Shown in pieces: positions 12,116 through 25,080 of a stretch of DNA of 64,000 nucleotides. The stretch is from Camelus dromedarius (lineage: Eukaryota), in contig NC_087438.1 of the NCBI RefSeq assembly GCF_036321535.1, positions 1,552,001-1,616,000 on the forward strand. The letters run 5' to 3'. The first letter of the stretch is position 1. Each line of letters opens with the position of its first letter. Made by a program: the position numbers and the translations under genes. The notes under the pieces were generated by a model. It made no database searches. It was not told the origin of the DNA and saw nothing but the letters and a program-made list of their open reading frames with translations.

Positions 12116-12189
12116 TGACTCTTCCCTCCCAGGCTGTGACTCACCTCTCCATGCCCTTTCCATGGTCTTTTGAAGGTCATAACATTCTT

Positions 12190-12600
12190 AAGTGGCTGTA
12201 GTTTAGTTTATTGTGTTGTCTGATGTCAATACAACCACACCATTATCTTACGTTTATTTTTGCATGATGCATCTCTCCCAGCCTTTTACTCCCAGTATGT
12301 GTCACCATATGTAAAACACGCCTCTTGGAGACAGAATTCAGTTGGGTCTGCCCAGACTAAGCTCTCTGCCTCACCACGTGCACGTTCAGTCCATCTGAGT
12401 CGAGTGAACCTACGTTATGGTTGTGTAAAGTCTTCCACTTTACTCTTCAGTTCTCATTTGGTCTATTCTGCTTTTGGTCTTCTGTTGTTTTATTGCTATT
12501 TTGTTTGAATTAATGGTTTAATTTTCTTTTTTATTTCACCCTTCTTACTTATAACTCTTTTATCATTTTTTAGTGGTTACTCCAAGGCTCTTTAGGTTGA
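12190..12600 (-). mobile_element. L1 ORF2 endonuclease-region fragment
   Basis: tgtctgatgtcaatacaaccacacc...tttgcatgatgcatctctcccagccttttact...ctcttggagacagaattcagttgggtct resembles the reverse complement of the L1 EN start. Confidence 0.65.
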
Positions 12601-13269
12601 GGATTGTATACTTTCAGACTTCAGACTTCTCACTTTTTGCCTAATATTTTCCACTACATGCATCAGATTTGCTACATTTTTGAGGTGGGGCATGGACCGT
12701 CCCCAGATGAGACCTCACCTGTACCTTCACGGCCACTTCTTGTACATGGACTGAAAACCACCGCCTCATGTATTTTCTCCCATTTTATAGCTGGTCTTGG
12801 TGTAAGGATGGCTCTAGTGTCAATTACTCAATTGTAGTTGGACGTTAAAATCTGATCTAATGATTTTATTGTGACAAATGAGCCTGTGGAGTAAAGACAA
12901 ATATTTTGTGAGTTTCAGGAAGTAACCACTTTGTGTTATCTAATCTAAAGCTGCAACATGAGAAAATTAAGTAAAAATCCTACAATTAGCTGGTTAATTT
13001 ATTCCAGGTGGATAAATGATTCAGATCATGATGTTCTCAGAGTTAAATTGCTTAGCTTGATAAAATCGAGTTGACTCTTCTTGGCTAAACAACATATTTA
13101 CTGAATCTCCACTTCAGCTGCTATCACACAGACATGGTTTCAGATATAATCTTTGTATGAGCAAATAATTACAGCTTCAACATTGTTTCTCCACTCCTTT
13201 CATTAATGTGTTATCAACCTCACATTTATGTAGGTTATTAGGCAAATTATTTTTGTTGATTTAAGAATC

Positions 13270-15594
13270 TCTCAGTAAGGAGTTTGGAAGGTGCCGACCC
13301 AAGCTAACAACAGGTGGAATGCTGCACAGACTGAACAATCAGCAATTCTTGGATCCATAAGAGAAATGAGGACCTGGGGGAAACACTGCCCAAAAGACTG
13401 AAGAGCCAGACAGGTGGCTCAGAGAGTCACAGCTTCCCGGAGAGGACGCACAAGCAGAGACCATGGCAGGAGGCAGTGCCAGGGTGGGAAACCCAGGCTG
13501 CATGTTGAAGAATTGCTGGACAGTTCTGAGAACTAAAACCTTCCAGGGACCCGGTCCCAGGGGGTGCCTCAAAGTACTGTGAGACTTACCTGCAGGAGCC
13601 CCACAGTAAATACTGGAGGAAAGTCCCCCGTGCTTCTGGCGGGGGAGGTGGAAAAGAGGCCAGAACTTTCTGTTCTCCTTACAAGGCCTGCCCGGGAGAA
13701 ACTAGTCACCTGGAGCCTGACCAACTGGGGCAAGGAAAACGCCCAACGCCAGCCACCTTTAATCTTCCAAGTGGGAGAAGGGAGAGACCCAAATACAGCC
13801 CAGTCCCACCACCCTGTCCCATCTGATGACGGGGGAAAAACCAAGAACAGCTTGTGGAACTCACAGCCCAGAGGCACAAACTCACCAAAGCGCTGGGACG
13901 TGATCGAGGCCACAGAACTCTCCCCTCCCCCTGCTCTCCACCACGTTGGAGACACAGCAGTTCCTTTCACCCCGTGCATAATGTCTATCAGGAAAAATAT
14001 TACAAGGCATGTTGAAAGGCAAAAAACAAAACAAAACAAAAAACCCCCACAATTTGAAGAGATGGAGCAAGCATTAGAACCAGGGATGCTCCACATGGCT
14101 GGAATGGTCAGACTGAGGGCTTAAAACAACTATGATTATTATACTAAGGGCTCTGATGGAGAGGGTAGACAGCACACACGAACAGATGGGGAATGGAAGC
14201 AGAGACACGGAAATCCTAAGAAAGAATCTAAAGAAATGCTACAGATGAAAAACACCATAATAGAAGTGAGGAATGCTTTTGATGGACTTAGTAGAACCCT
14301 GAGGAAAGAATCTTTGAACTTGAGCAAAGATCAATAGAAACTTCAAAAACTGAAAAGCAGAGAGAACAAAGACAAAAAACCCAGAATATCCAAGAACTAC
14401 AATACAACTTCAAAAGTTGTAACATGCCTGTAATGGGAATGGCAGGAGAAGAAAGAGAGAAGGAAACAAAAAAAACTGAAACAATAATCACTGAGAACGC
14501 CCTCAAATTCATGTCAAACCATGTATCTGGGAAGCTTAGAGAACACCAAAGAGGACGAATGCTACAAAGGCTACATCTCTGCGTGCCATCTTCAAACTAC
14601 CGAAAACCGAAGTTTAAAAAAATTCTCAAAAAAAACATAAGAGAACATGTTATTACTGATTGAGGAGCAAAGACACGAGTTTCATCTGACTTCTCTTCTA
14701 GTAAGCAAGAAGTGAGTGAGCAAAATATTTTAATTGTTCAGAGGATAAAAAAGAGACCAACAACCCAGAAATGTGTACCCTGCAAAAGCATCCTTTGAAA
14801 GTGAAGGGGAAGTTAAGAGTTTCTCAGACAAACAAAAATTGAGGAAACTTGCTGCCAGTAGACCTTCTTTGCAGGAAATGCTGAAGAAAGGTTTTTAGAG
14901 AAAAGGATAGTGTTGTAAGTAAGAAACTCAGATCTCCACAAAGAAAGGAAGTATTGAAGAGGAAACAAGTCAAGACGAAATAAAAATATGTATTTTTCTT
15001 GCTCTCAGTTGATCTAACATATAAGCATTTGTTCAAAATAATAGTAGCAACGTGTCTGATCATTTCTGCTTATGTATATGCCTTATGTATACACACACGC
15101 ACTCGTATGTACTTACAGGCATGCGCATGTGCTGACATGAATGACGGTGATGATACAAGCCACGAGAGGAAGCAATTCAGATTTTTTTTATTATAAGGTA
15201 CTCGCATTATTTGAAATTTGAAAGTGGACCTGTATTAGTTGCAAATACAGCCAACTCAAAATAAAAAAAAAATTAAAGAAGTATAATTGATCTGCTAAGA
15301 AATGAGAGAAATTGGAATCATACAAAACACTCAATTAAAACTACAAACAAGCAGCAGAAGAGTGGAGGACAGACACGGGAGTGAGGACACAGGAGCGAGG
15401 ACACGGGAGCGAGGACACGGGCGGCAGAGCAGGAAGGACTGTACTGGTTATTAATCCAACTGTGTCAATAATTACTTCGAGCATCAGTGGTCTGAATGCA
15501 CCAATTAAATGACAGAGACTATCAGAGTGGATCAAAAAACTAGACTCAAGTGTATGTCATCCACATGAAACCCACTCCAGTGGACAAAGACAAA
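13270..15594 (+). mobile_element. L1 (L1MC/MD-like) 5' UTR, ORF1 and ORF2 start; left part of a near-complete element
   Basis: 5' UTR-like gtaaggagtttggaagg...; A-rich ORF1 remnant (aatatccaagaact, ttctcagacaaacaaaaattgagg); EN start tggtctgaatgcaccaattaaatgacagagactatcagagtggatc; disrupted by stops and frameshifts. Confidence 0.85.
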
Positions 15595-17925
15595 AAGGCA
15601 CACCTTGCTTTACTGTGCTTAACAGATACCGCATTTTTCACCAATTGAAGGTTTTGCTGCAACGCTGTGTGGAGTAAGTCTACTGGCATCATGTTTTCAA
15701 CAGCATTTGCTTCCTTCATGTCTCTGTCACATTATGATAATTCTCACAATATTTAAAACTTTATCATCAACATTATATTTGTTACGCTGATCTGTGATTG
15801 GCAATCTTTGCTGTCAGTGTTATAAAAGTTTAGGGGCACCAGGAACCGTGCCTGCATAAGATGACAAACTTAATTGATAAATGTGTGGTGCGTCCTGACT
15901 GCTCCCCATCTTGCTCCCTTTCCTCAGGCCTCCCAATTCCCTGAGACATGCGACACTGAACTTTGGCCGGTTAATAATCCTCCAGCGGCCTCTAAGTGTT
16001 CAAGTGAAAGGCAGAGCTGTGCATCTCCCACTTGAAAGTAAAAGCTAGAGACTCAGCTCAGTGAGGAAGGCACGCCGAAAGCCGAGACAGGCTGAAAGCC
16101 AGGCCTCTTGTGCCAAATATTTAGTCAAGTTGTAAATGCAAAGGAATAGCCCTTGAATGAAATTAAAAATGCTACTCCAGCGAACACGGGGATGATGAGA
16201 AAGTGAAACCGCTTATTGCTGCTGAGGAGAAAGCTGGAGTGTTCTGGATAGAAGATCAAAACAGCCACAAGATTCTCATAAGCCGAAGCCTAATCCAGAG
16301 CAAGGCTCCAGCTCTCTTTAATTCTGCAAAGGCTGAGGGAGGTGAGGAAGCTGCAGAAGAACAGCTGCGCCAGCCGAGGTTGGTGGGTTCATGGTATTTA
16401 AGGAAAGAAGCCGTCTCCACAACATCACAGTACAAGCGAGGCAGCCCGGTGTTCAGACCAGCTCGGACAATTCATAAAGGTAACTGCGCTGAATGACGTA
16501 CTTTCAAGGACAAAACAGCCTCTGTTGGAAGAAGATGCCGTCTAGGCCTGTCACAGTTAGAGATGTCAGTGTCTGGCTGCAAAGATTCAAAGGTCAGTCC
16601 GACTCTTTTGTTCTGGGCTGCAGAAGATGGTGACTTGAAGTCGAAGCTGGCGCTCTTTCCCATTTGAAAAATCCTAGGGCCCTTAAGAACGAGGCTAAGT
16701 CAACTCTGCCTCTGCTCTGTAGATGGAGCAACAGGGCCTGGCGGACGCCACATCAGCTGGCACGGCTTACTAATTTTTTTAAGTCCGCTGTTGAGACCTA
16801 CTGCTCAGAAAAAAAGATTCCTTTAAAAAAATCACTTCCTATTGAAATGTTCCTGGTCAGCCAAGAGCTCCGATGGAGATCTGCGATGAGATTAATGTTG
16901 TTTGGATGCTGCTAAAACAACATCCATATTGCAGTCCATGCATGGGTCACGGAGTAATGTCCACTTTTAAGTCTTATTATTTAAGAAGTGCATTTAATAA
17001 GGGCATAGCTTCCATAGTCAGTGATTCCTATGATGGATCTGGGTAAAAGTACATTGAAAACCTTCTTGAAAGAGTCGTGAACCAAGATGCCACTGAAAAC
17101 AGTCATGATTCATGGGAAGAGGTCAAAATATTGGCCTTAACAGGAGTTTGGAAGAAGTTGATTCCAACCCTCATGGAAGACTTTGAGGGGTTCGAGACTT
17201 CAGTGGAGGACATCACTGCAGGTGTGGTAGAAACAGCTAGAGAACCAGAATTAGACATGGACCCTAAAGATGTGACTGAATTGCTACAATCTCAAGATAA
17301 AACATTAACACATGAGGAGGTGCTTCTTATGGATGAACAGAGAAGGTAGTTTCTTGAGAGGTAATCTACCCTTGGTGAAGATGCTGTGACAATTGCTGAG
17401 GTGACAACAAAGAATTTAGAATGGGACATAAACTTAGTTGATAAAACAGCAGCAGGGTTTGAGAGAACTGACTCCAGTTTTGAAAAAAGTTCTACTGTGG
17501 GTAAAATGCTATCAAAAAGCACTGCCTGCCACAGAGAAATCATTCATAAAAGGAAGAGTCAATCAATGGGGCAAATTTTATTATTGTCTTGTTTTAAGAA
17601 ACTTCCACAGACACTCCAGCCTTCAGTCAGCACTGCCCTGATCAGTCAGCAGCCATCAGCATTCAGGCAAGACCCTTCACCAGTAAAAAGATCATGACTT
17701 GCTGAAGGCTTAGATAAGGGTTATCATTTTGGGGCAATATTTTTAATTAAGATGTGCATTTTTTTTAAACATAATGCTATTGTACACTTAATATAATAGT
17801 ACAGTATAAAAATAACTTTAATATGCACTGGGAGACCAAAACCTCTGTGTGACTTGCTATATTGTGATATTCATTTTACTGCAGTGGTTAGAAACCAAAC
17901 CCACAATATCTCTGAGGTATACCCA
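15595..17925 (+). mobile_element. Tigger1 (TcMar-Tigger/pogo) DNA transposon, near full length, transposase pseudogenised
   Basis: Degenerate termini aaggcacacct...aggtataccca followed by TA. Transposase start gcctctaagtgttcaagtgaaagg (ASKCSSER) at ~15988. ORF-track peptides [73 protein letters not shown] and [27 protein letters not shown] match pogo/Tigger (TIGD1-like) transposase. Confidence 0.92.
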
Positions 17926-20880
17926 TAAACAGATGGAGAAAAACATACCACACTAATACTAATCAAAATAAAGTATGGGTGGCTATATTAATTTAAGACA
18001 GAATGAACTTCAAAGCAAAAAACAAAAAAGTTATCAGGAATAAAGAAGGGCATTTCATACTGATAAAGAGGTCAATTCACCAAAGAAGACACAAAACTCC
18101 TTAACATGTATGTACCAAAAACAGAGCATCAGACTGCATGAGAAAAAAGCCAACAGAACTACAAGGAGAAATAGATGAATCCACTATCATAGTTGGAGAT
18201 TTCAACCTCTTTCTATCACAGATGGACAGACCCAGCAGGCAGAAAATCAGTAAGGACGCAGTTGTGCTCAACACCACCATCCATCAACTGGACATAATTG
18301 ACGTCTATAGACTGCTTTATCCAGAGGCAGCAAGTCACACCTTCTTCTCAAGCTTACATGGAACATTCACCAAGATAGACCCCACTGGGCCATAAAACAT
18401 GCTTTTAAAATTTAAAAGAACACATTGGAATTGACCTAGAAAGAAATAACAGAAAGATAGCTGGGAAATCCCATAATACATGGATATTAAACAGCACACT
18501 TCTGAATAGCACATGGGTAGAAGAAGAAATCTCAAGAGTAAAAAAATAATTTGAACTAAATGAGAAAGAAAATACAGCTTATCAAAGTTTATGGGATGTG
18601 ATGAAAGCAGTATTTAGGGGGAAATTTACAACATTGAATTCATGTATTAGAAAGAAAAAAGATCCAAAATCAATCATCTAAATGTCCATCTTAGGAAAGA
18701 AAAATAAAAGCAAATTAAATCCAAAGTAAACAAAAGAAAATAAATAAGGAGAATTGGAACAGAAATCAATACATTGAAAACAGGAAGTCAATAGATAAAA
18801 CCATGAAACCAAAGCTACAAAATCAATCAATGAAACCAAAAACTACTTCTTTGAAAAGTTTAGTAAAATCAATAAACCTCTAGCCATTTTTCCAAACAGA
18901 AAGCGCCAGACCCAGATGTGTATATTGATGAATTCCACCAAACATTTAAGGAAAAAAATCTTACTAACTCTCTATGATCTCTTTCAGATGAGAGAAGCAG
19001 AGGAAATACTTCCAACTAATTCTATGAGGCCAGACCCTAACACCAAACAAGACAAACACATTGCAAAAAAAGAAAACGGCAGACCAATATAGCTCATGAG
19101 CATAGATGCAAAACTCCTCAACAAAATAGCACCGAAATGAATCCAGCAGTGTGTGAAAAGATTAACACCACAGTCAAATGGAATTTATCTCAGTTATGCA
19201 GGGCTGCTTCAACATTCAAAAGTCAATTACTGTAATACATCACACCAACAGGCTAAAAAAGAAAAATCACATGATTATATCAATAGATGGACAAAAAGCA
19301 TTTGACAAAATCCAACATCAATTCATGATAAAAACTCTCACTAAACTGGAGATAGAGGGAGATCTTCCTCAACTTGATAAAGAATATCTACAAAAACCCT
19401 ACAATTAACATTATACTTAAAGGTGAGAAACTTGAGGCTTTCCCAGTAACACCAGGAGCAAGGCAAGGATGTCCTCTCTCACCATTCCTTTCAACATCAT
19501 AGAGTCCCTGCTAATGTAATAAGACAAGACAAGAAAACAAAAACAGAGAGACTGGAAAGAAAAAAAAAATAAAATTGACATTGGTCATAGATGACATGAT
19601 TGTGTATGTCAGTAATCTGAAGGAGTCAACCAAAACATCCCAGACTCAATAATCCATTAGAGCAAGTTTCAGGATATAGGGTTAATATACAAAATTTAAT
19701 TGTTTTCCATTATGTAAGCAATAAAGAAGTGGGATTTGAATTAAAAATACAATAATGTTACATTAACACCTCCCAGAATGAAATAGTTTGGTATAAAACA
19801 AAATATGTGTAAGATCTATATGAGAAAAATTATAAAACCGATGAATCAAATCAAAGAACTAAAATAAATGCAGAGATAGTCCTGTTTGTGGATAACAAAG
19901 AAACAAACAAACAAAAAACCAAAAACTGGTTCTAACATTTATATGGAGAGGCCAAAAAACCCAGAATAGCCAACACAATATTGAAGGGGAAGAATAAAGT
20001 TACAGGGCTTCCAGTACTTAACTTCAAGACTTATTATAAAGCTGTTGTATCAGGATGACATGCTTCTTGATGAAACAATAGACAAATAGATGAATGGGAC
20101 GTAGCAGAAGGGCCCCCAGAAGACCCACAGAACTACAGTCAACTGATCTTTGACAAAGGAGCAAAGGCAATATAATGGAGCAAAGGCAGTCTTTTCAACA
20201 AATGGCGCTGCAACAAGTGGACATCCACAAGTAGAAAAACGAGTCAGGACACAGACTATAAAGACTTCACAAAAATTAACTCAAAGTGCATCATAGACCT
20301 AATGTAAAACCCAAAATTATAAACTCCTACAATATAACATAGGAGAAAAGCTGGATGGCTTCGGAAATGGTGATTTTCTAGACACAACACTGAAGGCACA
20401 ATTCATGAAAGAAAGAATTCATAAGCTGGACTTGACTAAAATTAAGAATTGTGCTCCACAAAAGATGATGTCAGGAGAAGGAGAAGACAAGCCTCAGACT
20501 GGGAGAAAATATCTGCCAAAGACACATCTGATGAAGGACTGTTACCAACATATATAAAGAACTCTGAAAACTCAACAATAAAAAATAAACAACTCAGTTT
20601 TAAAAAGCGGTCCAACAATCTTATCAGACACTTCACCAAAGAAGATATACAGATGGCAAGTAAGCATATGAAAAGGCACTCCGCCTCATGTGTCACCAGG
20701 AGGTGCAAACTGAAACGAGAGCCCACTCCACACCTAGTAGAATGGCTGAGCTCTGGGACGCTGACACCAACACACTCTGGCTGGGTGCGGAGCAACAGGA
20801 ACTCTCATTCTTTGCTGGTGGGAATGCAAAACCGTGCAGCCGCCTTGAACGATAGTTGGCAGTTTCTTATAAAAGTAACA
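17926..20880 (+). mobile_element. L1 ORF2 (EN/RT/C-terminal), right part of the same element, with internal deletions
   Basis: Peptides ELQGEIDESTIIVGDFN...RQKISKD (EN), [40 protein letters not shown] (RT) and DWEKISAKDTSDEGL...HFTKEDIQMASKHMKR (C-terminal). Confidence 0.92.
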
Positions 20881-21049
20881 CAGCCTCTTTGGAGGAGCCA
20901 GTCATTCTTCAGACTTCCCTCTCTTCCTCTGCCTCGCAAGATGGCACCTGGGTGTAGGGGTGGTCAGATGATCTCATGGTGGTGGAAATTTTTCCACGTC
21001 AGGTCCTTGTGCTGAAGTGTTTGATCCGGAGGACAGACTGATGCCCCCT

Positions 21050-22090
21050 AAGACACAAAAGCGCTGTCTGGCCAATTGGAGCAAGATATTGGCATTTTTC
21101 TCCAGAGTCAACCTCTTGACTGTTCGCATTACCTCCAAGAGCTGTGTGGCCTCTCGTACCACCGCCCGTGCCTCAGCTCTCCTCACCTCCACACCCACCA
21201 GGTCACGTGAGAGCATCACAGGTGGCCAGGAGCTCCGCCACAGACTCGCCCTTCGGCCGCCGCCTCCTCCACCGCAACGTCGTGACGTGCCATGGGTGGG
21301 GCTCCTCCAGGGAGCGAGGCACCCACCGGACTGCGGCTGGACTCGCCGTCTCCCCCACACACCCTCTCCCTTCACTTACTCCTCCGGATAATCCCATTCC
21401 ACGTCCTCTCTGGAGACGCTTGCGTGACGTCAACGCCCTCCTCCCGGGCCTCGCGCTGAGAACACGTAGGACCTATTCTCTGCGTGGTGGAAGCGGCCCT
21501 GAGCTGGTGGGCCTGGCCTGGCCTGGTCAGACTTGATCAACCTGGACCCAGGGTTCACCCGGGGTGAAAACTCATGGCATAAATATGCAAAGTGCATCAC
21601 TCTGATGCGGAGGACAAACCCGACCTCGCGTAAGAGTATGATTAAACACCGCCGTCCTCAGGCTGCCAGCGGCTGGTGGAACTCTCCAGACCAACATCCA
21701 GTTTGTGCGCCCATACCTGGCAGCGTGCTGCACTAACCAGCCACCGTCTGCCCTACTGGCTTTGTCATCGTGCGTCTAGCTTGTCCACCACTTGTGACAC
21801 GAAATCACACCGGCGTATGGGTACTGATGTCTGTTACCGGAAGAGTGTCCTTTGCAAGAGCAGCACTTGTGGTCACTGCTTGCTGAAGTGCTCTCTGGGT
21901 TCCAGCCCCTCAGAGCAGACTGGCTTTGAGGCTCACCCCTGGTCACCCATCTTTGGTGTGGAGCACCATCATGGGGCTCCAAGGAGCCGAGCTCCTTGCA
22001 GAAGGTCAGGGAGCAGGAACGCAGCAAGCTGAGCGCTGGGCTGACTGACAGCTGGGTGCATTAACTCTCAAAAATACATTAGCATCCCGT
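21050..22090 (-). mobile_element. Highly degraded CR1/L3 LINE RT-to-3' remnant (tentative)
   Basis: On the minus strand, in the expected order: gtggtggacaagctag (cf. cttgtggacaagatgg), gctggttagtg, gtctggagag, gtgtttaatcat, tttgcatat (VMHFAY at the KFADD position), accacgcagagaatagg...gttctcagcgc (cf. accacatctggagtactgtgtccagttctgggcac), gggcgttgac...tccagagaggac (cf. ggacattgac...tccagaggagg). Confidence 0.45.
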
Positions 22091-24544
22091 GCGCACAGCC
22101 CTAAGGGTGAAACTGCAGCGGAAGCTCCCCGGGTGCGCGGCGAGCATGTCACACAGCGGGGGACACCCCAAGTCGGGAGTGGCCCTGGCGAGGCCCGTAC
22201 ACCTGCCTCTTGCCTGCTCGCCTGTCTCGGGCGGAGCTGAGGGACAGCCCTGTGCCGTGTGGGTCTCGTCCTCATGACTCCACACACGCGTCTGACTGTT
22301 ACAGAGACAAGTTTTTGGGCACTGACTAAAGACAGCAGCCTGGGCGTTTCAAGACTTTATGGTCTTTGTCAAGGATTCAGGATGCGGCAAAAATATCTTT
22401 TTGGGGGGAAGCAGTTAAATATTTACTCTATTGAAAAGAAAGGATTCGAACAACACAGGCACGGTGGCAGAATGACACAGGCACACGCACTCACGGAAGC
22501 ACGTGCACAGAACTGTCCGGGATGCCCCGGGCCCCGTGGGCTGTGCCCTGCCTGCAGGTGCCTGGGCACAAACGGCCTTTGATGTCAGACACTTATAATC
22601 ACCACCACTGAGCGACACAACCGGTGGGCAGCACTGCCTGTTTACAGACATGCTTCTGGATTTTCTTGATCTGTTGCAATGGGCATATATAGCTTCTATA
22701 ATCAGGAATACATGAAATCAGTTTCATTTTGAAAAAAGAAGGGAACCAATCACATAAAACTTCCAGCTTCTCCCACAGCTTATCCACGGCCAGTGGAATT
22801 CTAAATGGCACTTTCCCGGGGCAAACATCGCAACAATCACAAGAATTAGTGTGTTTTTTTTTAAGTATCCATAAGCATGCTTTTGAAAACTCCAGCCTGT
22901 CTGTGTGTCTGCAGGTGAGCTTCCAGGGCGGCCAAACTCTGCACTTCACTGAACAGCAAAGATGACGCGGCTTACTGAAAAGAGTGCTTCTCGGCCCCAC
23001 TCTAATTCTTCCCTTTGTGGGACGTTGACCCCTGCTGTTGTGAAAGACAGACAGCCAGCTAACCTCGCAGGCCCCTTCTTGGCTCATCAAACCTCTCGTT
23101 AACAATTAATTGGATCGGAAGTTCACAGGCCATCACTGCCCTGTCAGTCAGATGCGCGAGGCTCAGCGGCTGAAACGCAATGACCCATGCGGGTGATAAA
23201 TAATTTCCAGCGGCGACTCGCCTTACTGCTCGGAGGGCACGGTCCTGGCTGTGGCTGGCGGCACCAGCTGCCCCCAGCGAGAACAGATGCGGTCTCCCTT
23301 ATCAGCCGTGCTAATTTAAGCTCCGAAATCTAAAACGTGTGAAACACCATCTCGGGGCAAACCAGAGATGCGGCCGCTGAGTCCTGAGGCCTCACACACG
23401 CCGCGGGCAGCTCATGGGAAGACGGAGTCCAGGGTTTGGCCGGCACTTGTCGGACTTGCTGACTTGGCTCTGGCTGCCTGGCGACGGGCAGATGTTTCGG
23501 GCTCCCTGACCCACCCTGTGTGTCACCCCAATGACACAGGACCCCCGTGTGCCGGTGTCACTGAGCTGATGGGTGAGAGGCCTTTCTAGTTTAACCGTTT
23601 ATCTACGCCCCCTCTTCAGGGAGGGAGCAAACCTTCCTTAGGGCTGGAGGCTGAAATGTCATCGCATCTCGAAGACTGTCATTCCACTCCACACTCATTA
23701 GCCTCTCTGATGGGCCAGGCTGCTCCGAGCCGACTGGGAGGCGTCTCAGCTAAAAATGAAGACAGAGTCAGCAAGTTTCATGCTCACCGAGGCAGGAGAA
23801 AGGCTGGTTTATAAAAAGTCCTAAAGAAGAACACGAAATACAGGTCAGGGTTCACGTCCAACTTGGTGACTCGTTTCCAGCTCCCTCCTCTTTCCGAGCT
23901 CCTGGAGGGTGGGGAGTGTGTTCTTCTCACCTGATCTGCACTGGCAGACCCTGTTCAGGGCAAGCAGTCCGTGAAAATGCCCTGAAAAAATCAACTTGGA
24001 GTTGACCTAGGTGCAGGCAGGCAGTCGGTGCAGGCTGCCAAGATTCCTTGTGAAAACACGGGTCAGGTACTCTTTATTCAAAACCGGGCTGCATTTTATT
24101 GCGTATGGCGGAGGAGTGTTGTGCTGGGCAGGACGGCGCTCCCTGTCTGAGAACCCACGAGCCAGGGGGAGACGCTCTCAGGACTGATCCCACCGTCCCC
24201 CCATCACCGTGTGGACAGGCCAGCTCTGCTCTTCTGACCGAGAACCAAGAAGACGCAGTCTCTCCTGGTCCTTATTGCTACACCAAAGGCGACCACGCTC
24301 CTGGCCACACACATGCCCCGCTGGCCCCTGGGACGTGGTTGGGCCTCCCGCACCCATGGGACCAGCTCCTCCTCTCACCGTGGTTAAGCCTATATGGAGT
24401 GGGGGTCCAGCCTGACGAGGCTGGGAGAGGGGGCTGTGTTCCCCACTGTGCAGATGGTGGGGACCCTGCCCGTCTTCTGGACGCCTGTAGGGATGGCACT
24501 CCTCCCCCAGCTGGGAGTGGGGGACAGCCACTCCCACCAGTGCC

Positions 24545-25080
24545 GGTCCACCTGCGATGGCCCCAGGTCTCCTGGACAAACATTACCCTGGGTGTGTCTG
24601 GGAGGGTGTGTCTGGATGTGATGAGCACTCACACGGCTGGACCCAGAGCAGATGGTCCTCCCCAGTGTGGGTGGGCCTCCTCCTGGCCTCTGAGGGACCA
24701 AACAGGACCAAAGCAGGGAAAGGGAAGGCTTACTCTGCCTGACTCCTGAGCTGGGACACCGGACTTCTCCTGCCCCCAGGCTGGGACTTGCACCCATGGT
24801 TCTCCTGTTCCCAGGCCTTCAGACTAGCCTGGACCTACCCCACTGGCTGTCCTGGGTCTCCAATTTGCAGGTGGAAGATCTTGGGATTCTCAGCTTCCAA
24901 AACCACAGGAGCCAACTCCTAATAGTGAATCTGTCCAGCCAGCACCTGTCTGCTTGTCCATTTACAGGGTCACCCACCCACCCACCTTTCCACTGTCTGT
25001 TGTCCACGCACCTGTCATCTCCCTATGTATCCGTCACCTCCCTGTCTTCCCTTGGCTCTGCTTCTCCAGAGCCCCGGCCC
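24545..25080 (+). mobile_element. ERVL solo LTR (MLT2-like)
   Basis: aaacattaccctgggtgtgtctgggagggtg, cctccccagtgtgggtgggc, tgagctgggaca...ttctcctgccc, ctgggtctccaatttgcaggtggaagatcttgggattctcagcttcca and ttggctctgcttctc are MLT2 blocks. Confidence 0.8.

Noticed and set aside
15988..17700. Domesticated TIGD1-like gene
   Set aside because: The start codon is lost, there are multiple stops and frameshifts, and the TIRs are retained; it is a dead Tigger1.
20900..21375. Possible endogenous bornavirus-like nucleoprotein or processed pseudogene (minus-strand VVREATQLLEV...FCVLGGI...HPGA)
   Set aside because: The resemblance to Borna N is a few residues with wrong spacing and needs several frameshifts. 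There is no upstream similarity, poly-A or TSD, and a CR1/L3 remnant explains the region better. TBLASTN with bornaviral N would settle it.
21554..21568. Inverted repeat ttcaccc-g-gggtgaa
   Set aside because: A 7-bp stem is expected by chance in 64 kb.
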